The translations under genes and the position numbers were made by a program. A stretch of DNA of 64,000 nt from Anaerolineales bacterium (lineage in GTDB: Bacteria > Chloroflexota > Anaerolineae > Anaerolineales > UBA6663): assembly GCA_044226485.1 (NCBI GenBank), contig JBGAGY010000006.1, positions 253,941 to 317,940 on the forward strand, given 5' to 3'. Shown one piece after another: positions 47,192 to 57,413 of this stretch. The notes beneath the pieces are model-generated. The model had not been told where the DNA came from. It searched no databases and saw only the letters and a list, made by a program, of their open reading frames with translations. Positions within the stretch are counted from its first letter, which is position 1; every line of letters starts with the position of its first letter.

Positions 47192-50053
47192 ATGTCGCCG
47201 AGAGCGCGACGTGTGGGCACTCCTTTGTTCGTCAAAGACCGCCTCATTCACACCGGTATGAATCGTCCTCGTCAACAGCCCGAGAAGGGGCCCGCCCGGC
47301 GGTCGCCGGGTCGCTCCGCGCCGGCCCCTGTGGCGCCCACGGCGCGCCGCCGCATCGATCCGATGCCGGCGCGAAAGCCCGCGCGTCGGTTCAACGCCGA
47401 TCAGGCGGTGGCGATGCGCAACGACGCGCCGCCCGCGCCGAGCGAATCGCCGGCGTCCCGCAAGAAGATCGCGGTGCCGGATCCGAACATGGTGCGCGTG
47501 GTCGTGCTGGGCAATCGCCTGCGCAAATACAGCGACGACCTCGTCGCGCTCCTGCTCATCGTCCTGGCGGCGTTGACCCTGTTCGCGCTGACCGGCCTGT
47601 CGACCGGCACGTTGCTCGAGCCGTGGTCGGGCTTCCTGCGAACGTGGTTCGGCTGGGGCGCGATCCTGATCCCGATCTCGCTCGGCATCGTGGGCGGCGC
47701 GATCATGCTGCACAACCTCGGCCGGCTGCCGCAGGTGCGCTGGGGCCGCGTCATCTGGGGCGAACTGGCGATCTTCACGCTGCTGGCGTTGCTCAATTAC
47801 GGCAACGGCGGCAGCGTGCTGCTGGCGGCGAATGGCGAGGGCGGCGGCGTCGTCGGTTGGGCAGTGGGCTGGATCTTCCAGCGCATCTTCGCGCCCGCCG
47901 ATCCATTCGTGGTCGGGCTGGCGTTCCTCATCTCGCTGGTGCTGGCGCTCGACATCACGGCCAACCGCATCGAGCGCGGCCTCAAGTGGTTGACCTCGCA
48001 GGGCTTCGAGAACGATCCCGGCAAGCAGCTGCCGTTGCCGCTGGATGAGAAGCCGGCGCGCGCCAAACCTGAGCCCATTGAAGAGAAGGCGGCGCCTGCC
48101 CCGATCGAGGAGAAGGCCCGCGTCAAGCTCGCGAAGGGCGAGCGCCTCAAGAACGTGCCGGTCCAGGCCGTGCAGCCCGAGTCGCGCAAGGCCAAACCCA
48201 AACGCGACAAGCGGCTGCCGTCGCTTGACCTGCTCGACGATCTCGATCTGCGCCGACCCGCTCAGCGTGAGATCGACGACACGGCTTCGATCATCGTCAA
48301 GACCCTGGCCGAGTTCGGTGTGCCCGTGAACGTCCTCGGCGCGCGCGTCGGCCCCTCGGTGACGCAGTATCAGGTCGAGCCCGGCTTCGTCGCCAAACCC
48401 GGCGCAGACGGCATCAGCAAGCAGTGGAAGGTGCGCGTCGCGCAGATCGCATCGCTGCAGAACGACATGGCGCTGGCGCTCTCGGCGACGACGCTGCGCA
48501 TCGAGGCCCCGGTGCCGGGCCAGCACTACGTCGGCATCGAAGTGCCGCACCGGCGCACGTCGGTCGTCGGCCTCAAGCCCGTGATCGAAAGCGAGTCGTT
48601 CCAGAAGATCGGGAGCCCGCTCAAGCTGGGCCTGGGCCGCGACGTCTCGGGCGCTGCCATCGCCGCCGACCTGAGCAAGATGCCGCACCTCTTGATCGCC
48701 GGCACCACCGGCTCGGGCAAGAGCGTGGCGATCACATCGATGGTCGCGTCGCTGATCCTGACCAACACGCCCGACGATCTGCGCCTTGTGATGATCGACC
48801 CGAAGATGGTCGAGCTGGTGCGCTTCAACGGCGTGCCGCATCTCCTCGGCAAGGTCGAGACCGAAGTCACGCGCATCCTCGGCGTGCTGCGCTGGACCGT
48901 GCGCGAGATGGAGCGGCGCTACAAGCTCTTCGAGACCTACCACGTCCGCAACCTCGACACCTACATGGCCAAGGCGGCCAAGAAGCTTGACATCGAGAAG
49001 CTGCCGCGCGTGGCGGTCTTCATCGACGAGCTGGCGGACCTGATGATGCAGGCGCCGGACGAGACCGAGCGCATGGTCGTGCGTCTGGCGCAGATGGCGC
49101 GCGCCACGGGCATCCACCTCGTGGTCGCGACACAGCGCCCGAGCACCGACGTAGTGACCGGCCTGATCAAGGCCAACTTCCCGGCGCGCATCGCCTTCGC
49201 CGTGACCTCGTCGGTCGACTCGCGCGTCATCCTCGACTCGGTCGGCGCCGAGAGCCTGTTGGGCAAGGGCGATATGCTCTTTCAGTCCCCTGAGATGCAG
49301 GCGCCGCAGCGCGTGCAGGGCTGCTTCCTGAGCGACAAGGAGATCGACAGGCTCGTCGCGTGGTGGAAGGAGCAGGCCGACATCTACGCCGAGGAAGCGT
49401 TGGCCGAGGTCGAGATTGAGGCCGACGACATGCCGCCGACCATCGGTGGGCCCGGCACGCCGCCGCCGCCGCGCCCGCCTGTGGGTGGGCCGCCGCCGGC
49501 CGTCGAGAAACCCAAGGCGTCGACTCAGAAGCCGGCCACGATCCCGGAGCCCACCCCTCCGGCAGAGAAGCCGCACGAGCAATTGACCAAGGCCGAAGCG
49601 GCGCGACGCCGCGCCCAGATCCAGGACGCCGTGCGGACGGCCCCGAAGGTCGAGCGCGAGGAGCCTGTCGAAAAGGCCCCGGCCAAGCCGGAGCGCGCCG
49701 CGAAGCCGGCGAAGCGCCCGGCCGCCGAGCCTGAGGCCCCGCCTGCAGCGCCGGCCAAGCAGGCCGCGCCGTGGGACGAGATGCTGGCGCGCGAGGCCGC
49801 GATCGAGGACAAGGACCAGCAGATCGAGCAGGCGATCGAGATCGTGAAGAAACACGGCACGGCGAGCGCGTCGTTGCTGCAACGCAAAATGCGCATCGGC
49901 TACCCGCGCGCCGCGCGCTTGATGGATGAGCTCAAGGCCATGGGCTTGATCGGCCGCGAACAGCAGGGCGGCAAGACCCGCGAGGTCTTCATGAACAAGG
50001 ACGACGATCCGATCGGCGATCAGGCACGCAAGATCATGGATGAGGATGAATGA
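47192..50053 (+). CDS. ftsK: DNA translocase FtsK/SpoIIIE
   Basis: N-terminal TM helices, Pro/Ala/Lys-rich linker. Motor domain with Walker A GTTGSGKS and Walker B FIDELADL. C-terminal winged-helix gamma domain (LLQRKMRIGYPRAARLMDELKAMG). GTG alternative start at 47132. Confidence 0.9.
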   Translation: MSPRARRVGTPLFVKDRLIHTGMNRPRQQPEKGPARRSPGRSAPAPVAPTARRRIDPMPARKPARRFNADQAVAMRNDAPPAPSESPASRKKIAVPDPNMVRVVVLGNRLRKYSDDLVALLLIVLAALTLFALTGLSTGTLLEPWSGFLRTWFGWGAILIPISLGIVGGAIMLHNLGRLPQVRWGRVIWGELAIFTLLALLNYGNGGSVLLAANGEGGGVVGWAVGWIFQRIFAPADPFVVGLAFLISLVLALDITANRIERGLKWLTSQGFENDPGKQLPLPLDEKPARAKPEPIEEKAAPAPIEEKARVKLAKGERLKNVPVQAVQPESRKAKPKRDKRLPSLDLLDDLDLRRPAQREIDDTASIIVKTLAEFGVPVNVLGARVGPSVTQYQVEPGFVAKPGADGISKQWKVRVAQIASLQNDMALALSATTLRIEAPVPGQHYVGIEVPHRRTSVVGLKPVIESESFQKIGSPLKLGLGRDVSGAAIAADLSKMPHLLIAGTTGSGKSVAITSMVASLILTNTPDDLRLVMIDPKMVELVRFNGVPHLLGKVETEVTRILGVLRWTVREMERRYKLFETYHVRNLDTYMAKAAKKLDIEKLPRVAVFIDELADLMMQAPDETERMVVRLAQMARATGIHLVVATQRPSTDVVTGLIKANFPARIAFAVTSSVDSRVILDSVGAESLLGKGDMLFQSPEMQAPQRVQGCFLSDKEIDRLVAWWKEQADIYAEEALAEVEIEADDMPPTIGGPGTPPPPRPPVGGPPPAVEKPKASTQKPATIPEPTPPAEKPHEQLTKAEAARRRAQIQDAVRTAPKVEREEPVEKAPAKPERAAKPAKRPAAEPEAPPAAPAKQAAPWDEMLAREAAIEDKDQQIEQAIEIVKKHGTASASLLQRKMRIGYPRAARLMDELKAMGLIGREQQGGKTREVFMNKDDDPIGDQARKIMDEDE

Positions 50054-50172
50054 CAGCGGGTCGACAGCAGACGGTTGATGGCGGGTAGGGGCGATGCCTA
50101 CGTCGACCGCCCTTGTGGTTGCCAACCCACGTTTCCGAAAGACGAAGCACCCATGACGAAGGACGACAGCCG

Positions 50173-51621
50173 ATGAGCGCACGCGCCTTCTTGAACGAAT
50201 TGGCAGCGATCTTCCCCAAGGATCGCTTGCTGACCAACGCGTCGCAGTTGACGGCGTACGAGTCGGATGCGTTGACCGCGTATCGCTCGACGCCGGGCGC
50301 TGTGGTGTTGCCGACGAGTGTCGATGAAGTCGTCGCTGCGGTGCGCGCCTGCCACAAGCACAAAGTGCCGTTCGTGGCGCGCGGCTCGGGCACCAGCCTG
50401 TCTGGCGGCTCGCTGCCGATCGCGGATGGGCTCGTGATCGGGCTCAATCGCCTCAACCGCATCGTGCGCCTCGACCCAGCCGAGCGTATCGCCGTGGTCG
50501 AGCCGGGCGTGATCAACCTCGCGGTCACGCAGGCGGCCGCGCCGCACGGCCTGTATTACGCGCCGGATCCCTCGTCGCAACTCATCTGCACCATCGGCGG
50601 CAACGTCGCCTTCAACTCGGGCGGCGCGCACTGCCTGAAGTACGGCATGACCAGCAACCATGTGCTCGGGCTCAAGGTCGTCCTCCCGGACGGCGAGCTC
50701 GTGCAACTTGGCGGCGAGTCGCTTGAATCGGTCGGGCCCGATTGGCATGGGCTGTTTGTCGGGCACGAAGGCCTGTTCGGCGTCGCCGTCGAGGTGACGC
50801 TGCGGTTGCTGCCGAAGCCCGAGACTTTTCGCACGGTGCTGGCCGCCTACCGTTCGATGCAGCAGGCCGGCGATGCCGTCGCCGCCGTGGTGGCGTCGGG
50901 CCTGTTGCCGGGCGCGATGGAGATCATGGACCGGTTGGCGTTGCAGGCGGCCGAAGCGGCTGTGCATGCCGGCTATCCGGCCGGCGCGGCTGCCGTGCTC
51001 ATCGTCGAACTCGACGGCGAGTCGCAGGCTGTCGAGGCGGAGTTCCAGCACCTGAAGCGTTTGATCGACCAGACCGGCGCCTACGAGGTTCGCGTGCCGG
51101 CGACGGAAGCCGAGCGGCAGATGATCTGGAAAGGCCGCAAGAGCGCGTTCTCGGCGGTCGGGCGGATCAGCCCTGACTATATCGTGCAAGACGGCGTCGT
51201 GCCGCGCAGCAAACTCGGCCAGGCCCTGGCCGAGATCGACGCGCTAAGCGCCAGGCACAACATCCGGGTGGCCAACGTCTTTCACGCCGGTGACGGCAAT
51301 CTCCACCCCCTGATCCTCTACGATGGCCGGCAGCCGGGCGCTTACGACCGCGCCGAGGCGTTGGCCTCCGAGATCATGAAGATGTGCATCAGACTCGGCG
51401 GCTCGATCACGGGCGAGCACGGCGTGGGCATGGAGAAGCGCGCGTACATGCCGGCGCTCTTCAGCCCCGTCGATCTCGATGTGATGTGGCAGTTGCGCTG
51501 CGTGGTCGACGACTTGCAGATCGCCAATCGCGGCAAAGTGTTCCCGGGCGGCGAAGCGCCGGCCTTGAGCCATAAGGGCCCGCATCCGCTCGAACGCGCC
51601 GGGATCATCTCGCGCGAGTGA
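50173..51621 (+). CDS. glcD: glycolate oxidase subunit GlcD (FAD-linked oxidase)
   Basis: Colinear with E. coli GlcD (FAD PCMH domain [42 protein letters not shown]). Confidence 0.85.
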   Translation: MSARAFLNELAAIFPKDRLLTNASQLTAYESDALTAYRSTPGAVVLPTSVDEVVAAVRACHKHKVPFVARGSGTSLSGGSLPIADGLVIGLNRLNRIVRLDPAERIAVVEPGVINLAVTQAAAPHGLYYAPDPSSQLICTIGGNVAFNSGGAHCLKYGMTSNHVLGLKVVLPDGELVQLGGESLESVGPDWHGLFVGHEGLFGVAVEVTLRLLPKPETFRTVLAAYRSMQQAGDAVAAVVASGLLPGAMEIMDRLALQAAEAAVHAGYPAGAAAVLIVELDGESQAVEAEFQHLKRLIDQTGAYEVRVPATEAERQMIWKGRKSAFSAVGRISPDYIVQDGVVPRSKLGQALAEIDALSARHNIRVANVFHAGDGNLHPLILYDGRQPGAYDRAEALASEIMKMCIRLGGSITGEHGVGMEKRAYMPALFSPVDLDVMWQLRCVVDDLQIANRGKVFPGGEAPALSHKGPHPLERAGIISRE

Positions 51622-51797
51622 AGCTTATCCGTCGTGTGGCGGGGCAGAGTCCAGCCACGTATGTCGGCGATGGGCACGAAGGGTCTGAAAGCGATGGTCG
51701 GTTGGACTCTGAGGATCAGTGACACGTTGGGCGAGAGTCCACTCACCGGCCATTCGCGCTCATACGTCGAGATTCGTGGAAACAAAGCACTGGTCAA

Positions 51798-52895
51798 ATG
51801 ATACCGACGACTGTTGACGCCGTTTGCGAAGCGGTGCGGGCTCACACACAGGTGGTCCCGCGCGGACGCGGCACCAAGCCGCTGCTGATCGACCTGCCGC
51901 CGGGGGCCGTCGTGCTCGACGTGAGCGGCCTGCGCGGCGTGCTCGAGTACGACCCAGGCGAGTTCACCTTCACGGCCCTCGCCGGAACACCGGTGGCTGA
52001 GGTCGAGGCGCTGTTGGCGCAGCAGGGCCAATACCTGCCCTTCGATCCGCCGCTGTCGAAACGCGGCGCAACGCTCGGCGGCACTGTGGCCTCGGGCCTC
52101 AGCGGGCCGGGGCGCTATCGCTACGGCGGCGTGCGTGACTTCATCCTCGGCGTGCGCTGGGTCGATGGGCGCGGGCAGCTGGTACACGGTGGCGGCAAGG
52201 TGGTCAAGAACGCCGCCGGCTTCGATTTCCCGAAGCTGATGGTCGGCAGCCTGGGTCAGCTGGGCGTGATCGTCGAACTGACATTCAAGGTCTTCCCGCG
52301 GCCGCGAGCCTACGCGACGTACCTGGTCGAGGCCGGTTCGCTGGCGACGGCCCTCGATATTCAGCGCCGCTTGATGGGCGCGCCGCTCGATCTCGAGGCC
52401 CTCGACGTCGTGCCCGGGCCGCGCGGCGTTCAGGTGCAGGTGCGACTTGGCGGTCTCGCTGAGGCGCTGCCGGCGCGTCTCGAACGGTTGCGATCGATGG
52501 CGGGCGACGGGCTCGTGCGCGACGGCGCCGATGACGCTGCCCTGTGGGACGTCGTGCGCGAGTTCGGCTGGGTGCCCGCCGATGCCGCGCTGATCAAGGT
52601 GCCGCTGACGCCGGCGCGCATCCCGTTGCTCGAAGCGGCCCTCGAGCAGACCTCGGCGGTGCGCCGCTACAGCGCCGGGGGACAGGTGGCCTGGTTGAGT
52701 TGGCCGCACGCCGTCGACGTCCTCGATGCCGAACTCGTGCGCCTGGGTCTGGCCGGCCTCGCCATCCTGGGACCGGCGAGCGCCGTTGGTTCGGTGGGTC
52801 CCATCGGCCTGATCGGCGCCTCGCCTTCGCGCCATGCCTTCGCCGCACGCGTCAAGGCCGCGCTCGATCCGGCCGCGCGCTTTCCGGAGCTATAA
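51798..52895 (+). CDS. glcE: glycolate oxidase FAD-binding subunit GlcE
   Basis: FAD-binding PCMH-type domain ([23 protein letters not shown]). Follows glcD and precedes glcF. Confidence 0.8.
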   Translation: MIPTTVDAVCEAVRAHTQVVPRGRGTKPLLIDLPPGAVVLDVSGLRGVLEYDPGEFTFTALAGTPVAEVEALLAQQGQYLPFDPPLSKRGATLGGTVASGLSGPGRYRYGGVRDFILGVRWVDGRGQLVHGGGKVVKNAAGFDFPKLMVGSLGQLGVIVELTFKVFPRPRAYATYLVEAGSLATALDIQRRLMGAPLDLEALDVVPGPRGVQVQVRLGGLAEALPARLERLRSMAGDGLVRDGADDAALWDVVREFGWVPADAALIKVPLTPARIPLLEAALEQTSAVRRYSAGGQVAWLSWPHAVDVLDAELVRLGLAGLAILGPASAVGSVGPIGLIGASPSRHAFAARVKAALDPAARFPEL

Positions 52896-52903
52896 CCAAC
52901 GAC

Positions 52904-54172
52904 ATGCAGCACACCATCCCCGCAGACCGACTCGGCGCAGAGGGCAAGGTCATGGCGGACGCGATCAGCGCCTGCGTGCATTGTGGCTTCTGTCTGTCGG
53001 CCTGCCCGACGTACCGACTGCTCGGCGAGGAAATGGACTCGCCGCGCGGCCGGATCATGTTGATGAAGTCCGCGCTCGAGGGCAGCGTGTCGGTCGAAGA
53101 GACGTTGCCGTACATCGATCGTTGCCTTGGCTGTGAAGCCTGTGTGCCGGCCTGTCCGTCGGGCGTGCGCTACGACGCGCTGTTGCCTCTCTACCGCCAT
53201 CACGCCGAGCCTTCGCGGCAGCGATCGTTGACCGAACGCGTCGCGCGCCGCCTGACGCATGAGACCCTTCCGCATCCGGATCGATTCAGAATGGCGGCCG
53301 CCGCCGGAAAAGTCGGCAGGGCGATGCGTGGCGCCTTGCCAGGTCCGTTTCAGGCGATGCTCGACCTGCTGCCCGCAGAGCTGCCCCCTGTGGTGGAGCT
53401 ACCGCGCAAAGTGGAGGCGGTCGGCAAGCGTCGCGCGCGCGTCGCTCTGCTCGCGGGTTGCGTGCAGCAGGCCCTGTCGCCGGGCATCAATCGGGCGACG
53501 CTCGAAGTGTTGGCGGCCAACGGCGTCGAGGTGATCGTCCCGGAGGGGCAGGGTTGTTGCGGCTCACTCGGCTTTCACACCGGCGAGCTGGACCGCGCGC
53601 GCGATCTCGCCCGCGCCAACCTCAAGGCATTTCCCAAAGACGTCGATGCCGTGTTGACCAACGCCGCCGGCTGCGGCTCCGGCATGAAAGCCTACGACGT
53701 GCTCTTCGCCGGCCAGCCGGAGGCTGTCGACGCCGCGATCTTCGTGTCGCGCGTCAAGGATGTTGCCGAATTCCTGGACGGCCTGGGCATCGTGGCGCCG
53801 CCCGCGCTGGCGCAGCCCACCCGTCTGGCTTACCACGACGCCTGCCATCTGGCGCACGCGCAGGGCGTTTCGGCGGCGCCGCGTCGTCTGCTGCGGGCGA
53901 TTTCCGGGCTGGAGGTCGTCGATGTGCCCGAAGGCGAGATGTGCTGCGGTTCGGCAGGCACCTATAACCTCGAACAGCCGGCACTGGCCGCTCAACTGGG
54001 GGAGCGCAAGGCGCGCCACATCCTTTCGACCGGCGCGCAGGTGTTGGCGGCCGGCAATATCGGCTGCCTGGTGCAGATCGCCACGCAATTGCAGCGATTG
54101 AAGCGACCGCTGCCCATCTGGCATACCATAGAGGTCCTGGCTCGGGCGTACCGGGGCGAATCTTTAGTCTGA
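52904..54172 (+). CDS. glcF: glycolate oxidase iron-sulfur subunit GlcF
   Basis: Two 4Fe-4S ferredoxin motifs ([28 protein letters not shown]). Two CCG domains ([16 protein letters not shown]). Start is 8 nt after the glcE stop. Confidence 0.85.
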   Translation: MQHTIPADRLGAEGKVMADAISACVHCGFCLSACPTYRLLGEEMDSPRGRIMLMKSALEGSVSVEETLPYIDRCLGCEACVPACPSGVRYDALLPLYRHHAEPSRQRSLTERVARRLTHETLPHPDRFRMAAAAGKVGRAMRGALPGPFQAMLDLLPAELPPVVELPRKVEAVGKRRARVALLAGCVQQALSPGINRATLEVLAANGVEVIVPEGQGCCGSLGFHTGELDRARDLARANLKAFPKDVDAVLTNAAGCGSGMKAYDVLFAGQPEAVDAAIFVSRVKDVAEFLDGLGIVAPPALAQPTRLAYHDACHLAHAQGVSAAPRRLLRAISGLEVVDVPEGEMCCGSAGTYNLEQPALAAQLGERKARHILSTGAQVLAAGNIGCLVQIATQLQRLKRPLPIWHTIEVLARAYRGESLV

Positions 54173-54283
54173 ACGGCCGGATGATTCACCGACTATTTAC
54201 GGTTCGGCCCGGCGCAAGCCCACACAATAGGTCAAGTTGCGACACCATTGTGTCACTGTCGATGGACCTGATCTGAGTCGACG

Positions 54284-56977
54284 ATGCCTGACCTGAAGTG
54301 GCCCACACGCATGGGGCTCATCGCGCTGACGTGCGTCACCTACGTCGGCCTGTTCTTCCTCATCACCCCCGTCCTCGGGTTGACGGTCGGCCTTTTGTCG
54401 CTGTTCGTCCTGAGCCTGACCGTGTTCCTGGCCGGGCGCCATCCCTGGACGATCGTCGTCGCGCTGGCAGTCAGCACGCTGAATCTGCAGCTGTATTTGT
54501 CCGTCGGCTTTGAGACACACTGGCACGAGCACCTCATCGGTAGCGTGTTCGGTGTGGTCCTCGGGATGATGGGCCTGAGGGCCAACACCTGGCTTCGGGC
54601 GCTCAAACAACAACAACTCGACCTGCAGGCGGAGCGCGCGCGACTGGAGGCCGAAATGAGCCGCCGCGAGTTCGTCGAGGCCAGCCTCCAGGCCGAGCGC
54701 GATTTCGCCCGCTTGATCATCGACAGCCTCGGCCAGGGCCTGGTGTTGATGAACTCGCGGCTCCGCTTTGAGTACGTCAACCCGGCCTATGCCGCCATGG
54801 TTGGCCGACGGCCCGAGGAGATCATCGGCAAGACGCCCTTCGATCTCAGTGATGCCTCCGACCACGCCCGCATCCAGGCATCGCTCGATCGTCGTCAGCG
54901 CGGCGAGCCGCACACCTACGATTTGCGCCTGAAGCACGCCGACGGTCGGTCGATCGACGTGCTTGTCACCGTGACGCCCCGGTACTCGGAGGGCACGGTC
55001 AACGGGTCGATCGTGGTCGTCACGGATGTCTCCGATCACAAGCGGATCGAGGCCGAGCTGCGGCACAGCCGCGAGCAAGCCGAGCGTCAGAGCCGAATCC
55101 TGGAGCAGACTCAAAGCACGGCCCGGGTGGGCGGCTGGGAGCTCGATCTGCGCACCGGAGCGATGTACTGGACCCCCGAAATGCACCGGCTGCTCGAGGT
55201 CGATCCCGACACGTTCGAGGTGACGGTCGAGAAAGCCACCGCGATCTATGCGCCAGAGCATCAAGACCGGGTCAGCGCCGTCGTCCAACGTGCGGTGGCG
55301 CTGGGCGAACCGTACGTCCTGGACGTCGAGATCATCACATACGGCGGGCGCCGCTTGTGGGTTCGCACCGCCGCTCAGCCGGTATTCAAGGATGGGAACC
55401 CGATCAAGCTTTACGGGTCCTTTCAGGACATCTCCGAACAGAAACGTGCCGAGGAGCAGTTGCGGCGCGCCGAAGCCGAGTACCGCTCGCTCTACGAAAA
55501 TGTGCCGATCGGCATCTATCGCTCGACCCGCGATGGGTCCCAGGCCCACGTCAACCCATATCTCGTGCGTCTGAACGGCTTCCAGACCGAGGCCGAGCAG
55601 ATCGCGGCGATCAAGGACATCGGCCAGGATTGGTACGTCGATCCGACTCGCCGAGCAGCGTTTGTCGAGGCAATCGAGCGCGATGGCGAGGTCATCAATT
55701 TCGAGTCGGAGATCCGACGCCCCACGACCGGCGAGCGATTGTGGATCACCGAGAACGCGCGAGCCATCCGCGACGCGGACGGCAACGCCACGCAATACGA
55801 AGGCTCGGTGCTCGACATCACCGATCGAAAACGCATCGAGCTCGCCCTGGAATCCGAGCGCCAGTTCGCAACCAGCGTGATGAATGCCATGGGTCAGGGT
55901 CTGACGGTCACAGGCCTGGATGGGCGGTTCATCTACGTCAACGCCGCCTGCGCCCACCTGCTCGGATGCAAGCCCGAGGAGATAATCGGCCTCACCCCGA
56001 TGGACTTCATTGTCGAGAGCGATCATCCGATCTTTCAGACCGCCCTCAAGGCTCGCGCCACCGGCGAACGGACGAGCTATGAGACGACGTTGCGCCGGCG
56101 CGACGGTGGCACGGTTGTCGTGTTGATCACCGGCGTTGCCCGCTTCGATCAGGGCAAGATGGTGGGCTCGATCGCCACGCTGACCGACCTGACGGCCCTG
56201 CGCCAGCGCGAGCAGGAGTTGCGCGAGGTAAACCAGGAACTGGCCTCGAAGAACCGCGAGATGGAGACCTTCACGTACTCCGTCTCGCACGACCTGAAGG
56301 CTCCTCTACGCGGCATCGACGGCTACAGCCGGATCCTGCTCGAGGATTACAGCGACAAGCTCGACGACGAGGGCCGGCGTTTCCTGCGCACGATCCGAAG
56401 CGCCACCGAGCAGATGAACCAGCTGATCACCGATCTGCTGGCCTATTCGCGGCTTGAGCGTCGGGCCCTGTCAGATGCGCCGATCAATCTGTCGGAGCTC
56501 GTTGGGGCCGTGATCGCTCAGCGCCTGCGGGATGCGAATGGGCGAGAACCCACGCTCCTGCTCGATCTGCCGCCGCTCACGATCGTGCGCGGCGACCGCG
56601 ACGGCCTGGCCCAGGCCGTCCGCAACCTTGTCGACAACGCCTTCAAGTTCACACGCGACGCTGAACAACCGCAGATCGAGGTCCGCGCCGAACGTATTCA
56701 GGCAGAACAAGACGACTCAGTGGTGCGGCTGTCGGTGCGCGACAACGGCGTCGGATTCGACATGCAATATCACGACAAGATTTTTGGCATTTTTACGCGG
56801 CTGCACCGCGCGGAAGACTATCCTGGAACGGGCGTGGGCCTGGCCCTCGTGCGCAAAGCGATGGAGCGCATGGGCGGGCGGGTTTGGGCGGAGAGCCAAC
56901 CCGGTGCCGGCGCCACGTTCTATTTGGAACTGCCGGCGGCCGATGAAGCCGCCTTCAGTGTTGAGGCGAGGACTTAG
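54284..56977 (+). CDS. membrane-anchored multi-PAS sensor histidine kinase
   Basis: N-terminal TM helices, at least four PAS/PAC repeats. HisKA (FTYSVSHDLKAPLR) and HATPase_c (DNGVGFD, GTGVGLALV). Confidence 0.85.
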   Translation: MPDLKWPTRMGLIALTCVTYVGLFFLITPVLGLTVGLLSLFVLSLTVFLAGRHPWTIVVALAVSTLNLQLYLSVGFETHWHEHLIGSVFGVVLGMMGLRANTWLRALKQQQLDLQAERARLEAEMSRREFVEASLQAERDFARLIIDSLGQGLVLMNSRLRFEYVNPAYAAMVGRRPEEIIGKTPFDLSDASDHARIQASLDRRQRGEPHTYDLRLKHADGRSIDVLVTVTPRYSEGTVNGSIVVVTDVSDHKRIEAELRHSREQAERQSRILEQTQSTARVGGWELDLRTGAMYWTPEMHRLLEVDPDTFEVTVEKATAIYAPEHQDRVSAVVQRAVALGEPYVLDVEIITYGGRRLWVRTAAQPVFKDGNPIKLYGSFQDISEQKRAEEQLRRAEAEYRSLYENVPIGIYRSTRDGSQAHVNPYLVRLNGFQTEAEQIAAIKDIGQDWYVDPTRRAAFVEAIERDGEVINFESEIRRPTTGERLWITENARAIRDADGNATQYEGSVLDITDRKRIELALESERQFATSVMNAMGQGLTVTGLDGRFIYVNAACAHLLGCKPEEIIGLTPMDFIVESDHPIFQTALKARATGERTSYETTLRRRDGGTVVVLITGVARFDQGKMVGSIATLTDLTALRQREQELREVNQELASKNREMETFTYSVSHDLKAPLRGIDGYSRILLEDYSDKLDDEGRRFLRTIRSATEQMNQLITDLLAYSRLERRALSDAPINLSELVGAVIAQRLRDANGREPTLLLDLPPLTIVRGDRDGLAQAVRNLVDNAFKFTRDAEQPQIEVRAERIQAEQDDSVVRLSVRDNGVGFDMQYHDKIFGIFTRLHRAEDYPGTGVGLALVRKAMERMGGRVWAESQPGAGATFYLELPAADEAAFSVEART

Positions 56978-56982
56978 ATCTC

Positions 56983-57408
56983 ATGAATGATGTGATGCGG
57001 CCGATCCTTCTGGTTGAAGACAACCCGATGGATCTCGAGTTGACCCGGCGCGCGTTCGCCAAGCACCGCCTGGGCAACCCTTTGCTTGTCGCCCGCGACG
57101 GCGTCGAAGCGCTCGAGATGCTCCCGCGCTGGGAGTCGGGCGAGCCTTTGCCGCTAGTCGTGTTGCTTGACCTCAAGCTGCCACGGCTCGACGGCCTCGA
57201 AGTGCTTCGTCGCTTCAAGGAGAGCGTCGTCGCCAGCAACATCCCTGTGGTCGTCCTGACCACGTCGGACGAGGATCGCGATATCCGCTCCGCGTATGAG
57301 CTCGGAGCGAACTCCTATATCGTGAAGCCCGTGGACTTCGACAAGTTCATGGATGTCGCGTCGCAGATCGAGTTGTACTGGGTGGCCCTTAACCAGCCCA
57401 CCCGCTGA
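56983..57408 (+). CDS. single-domain response regulator (CheY-like receiver)
   Basis: ILLVEDNPMD ... LVVLLDLKLPRLDG ... VVVLTTS ... IVKP receiver motifs. 5 nt after the kinase stop. Confidence 0.85.
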   Translation: MNDVMRPILLVEDNPMDLELTRRAFAKHRLGNPLLVARDGVEALEMLPRWESGEPLPLVVLLDLKLPRLDGLEVLRRFKESVVASNIPVVVLTTSDEDRDIRSAYELGANSYIVKPVDFDKFMDVASQIELYWVALNQPTR

Positions 57409-57413
57409 GCGAG

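Noticed and set aside
46970-50182. 1070-aa minus-strand ORF, plus many other long antisense ORFs (e.g. 3682..4836, 12822..14147, 26020..27513, 27453..29078, 54197..56290, 58398..59417)
   Set aside because: Arg/Ala/Gly/Pro-rich random-looking translations, lying opposite well-supported genes (ftsK, GTs, dinG, kinases). These are typical stop-codon-poor antisense frames of a ~68% GC genome, not genes.
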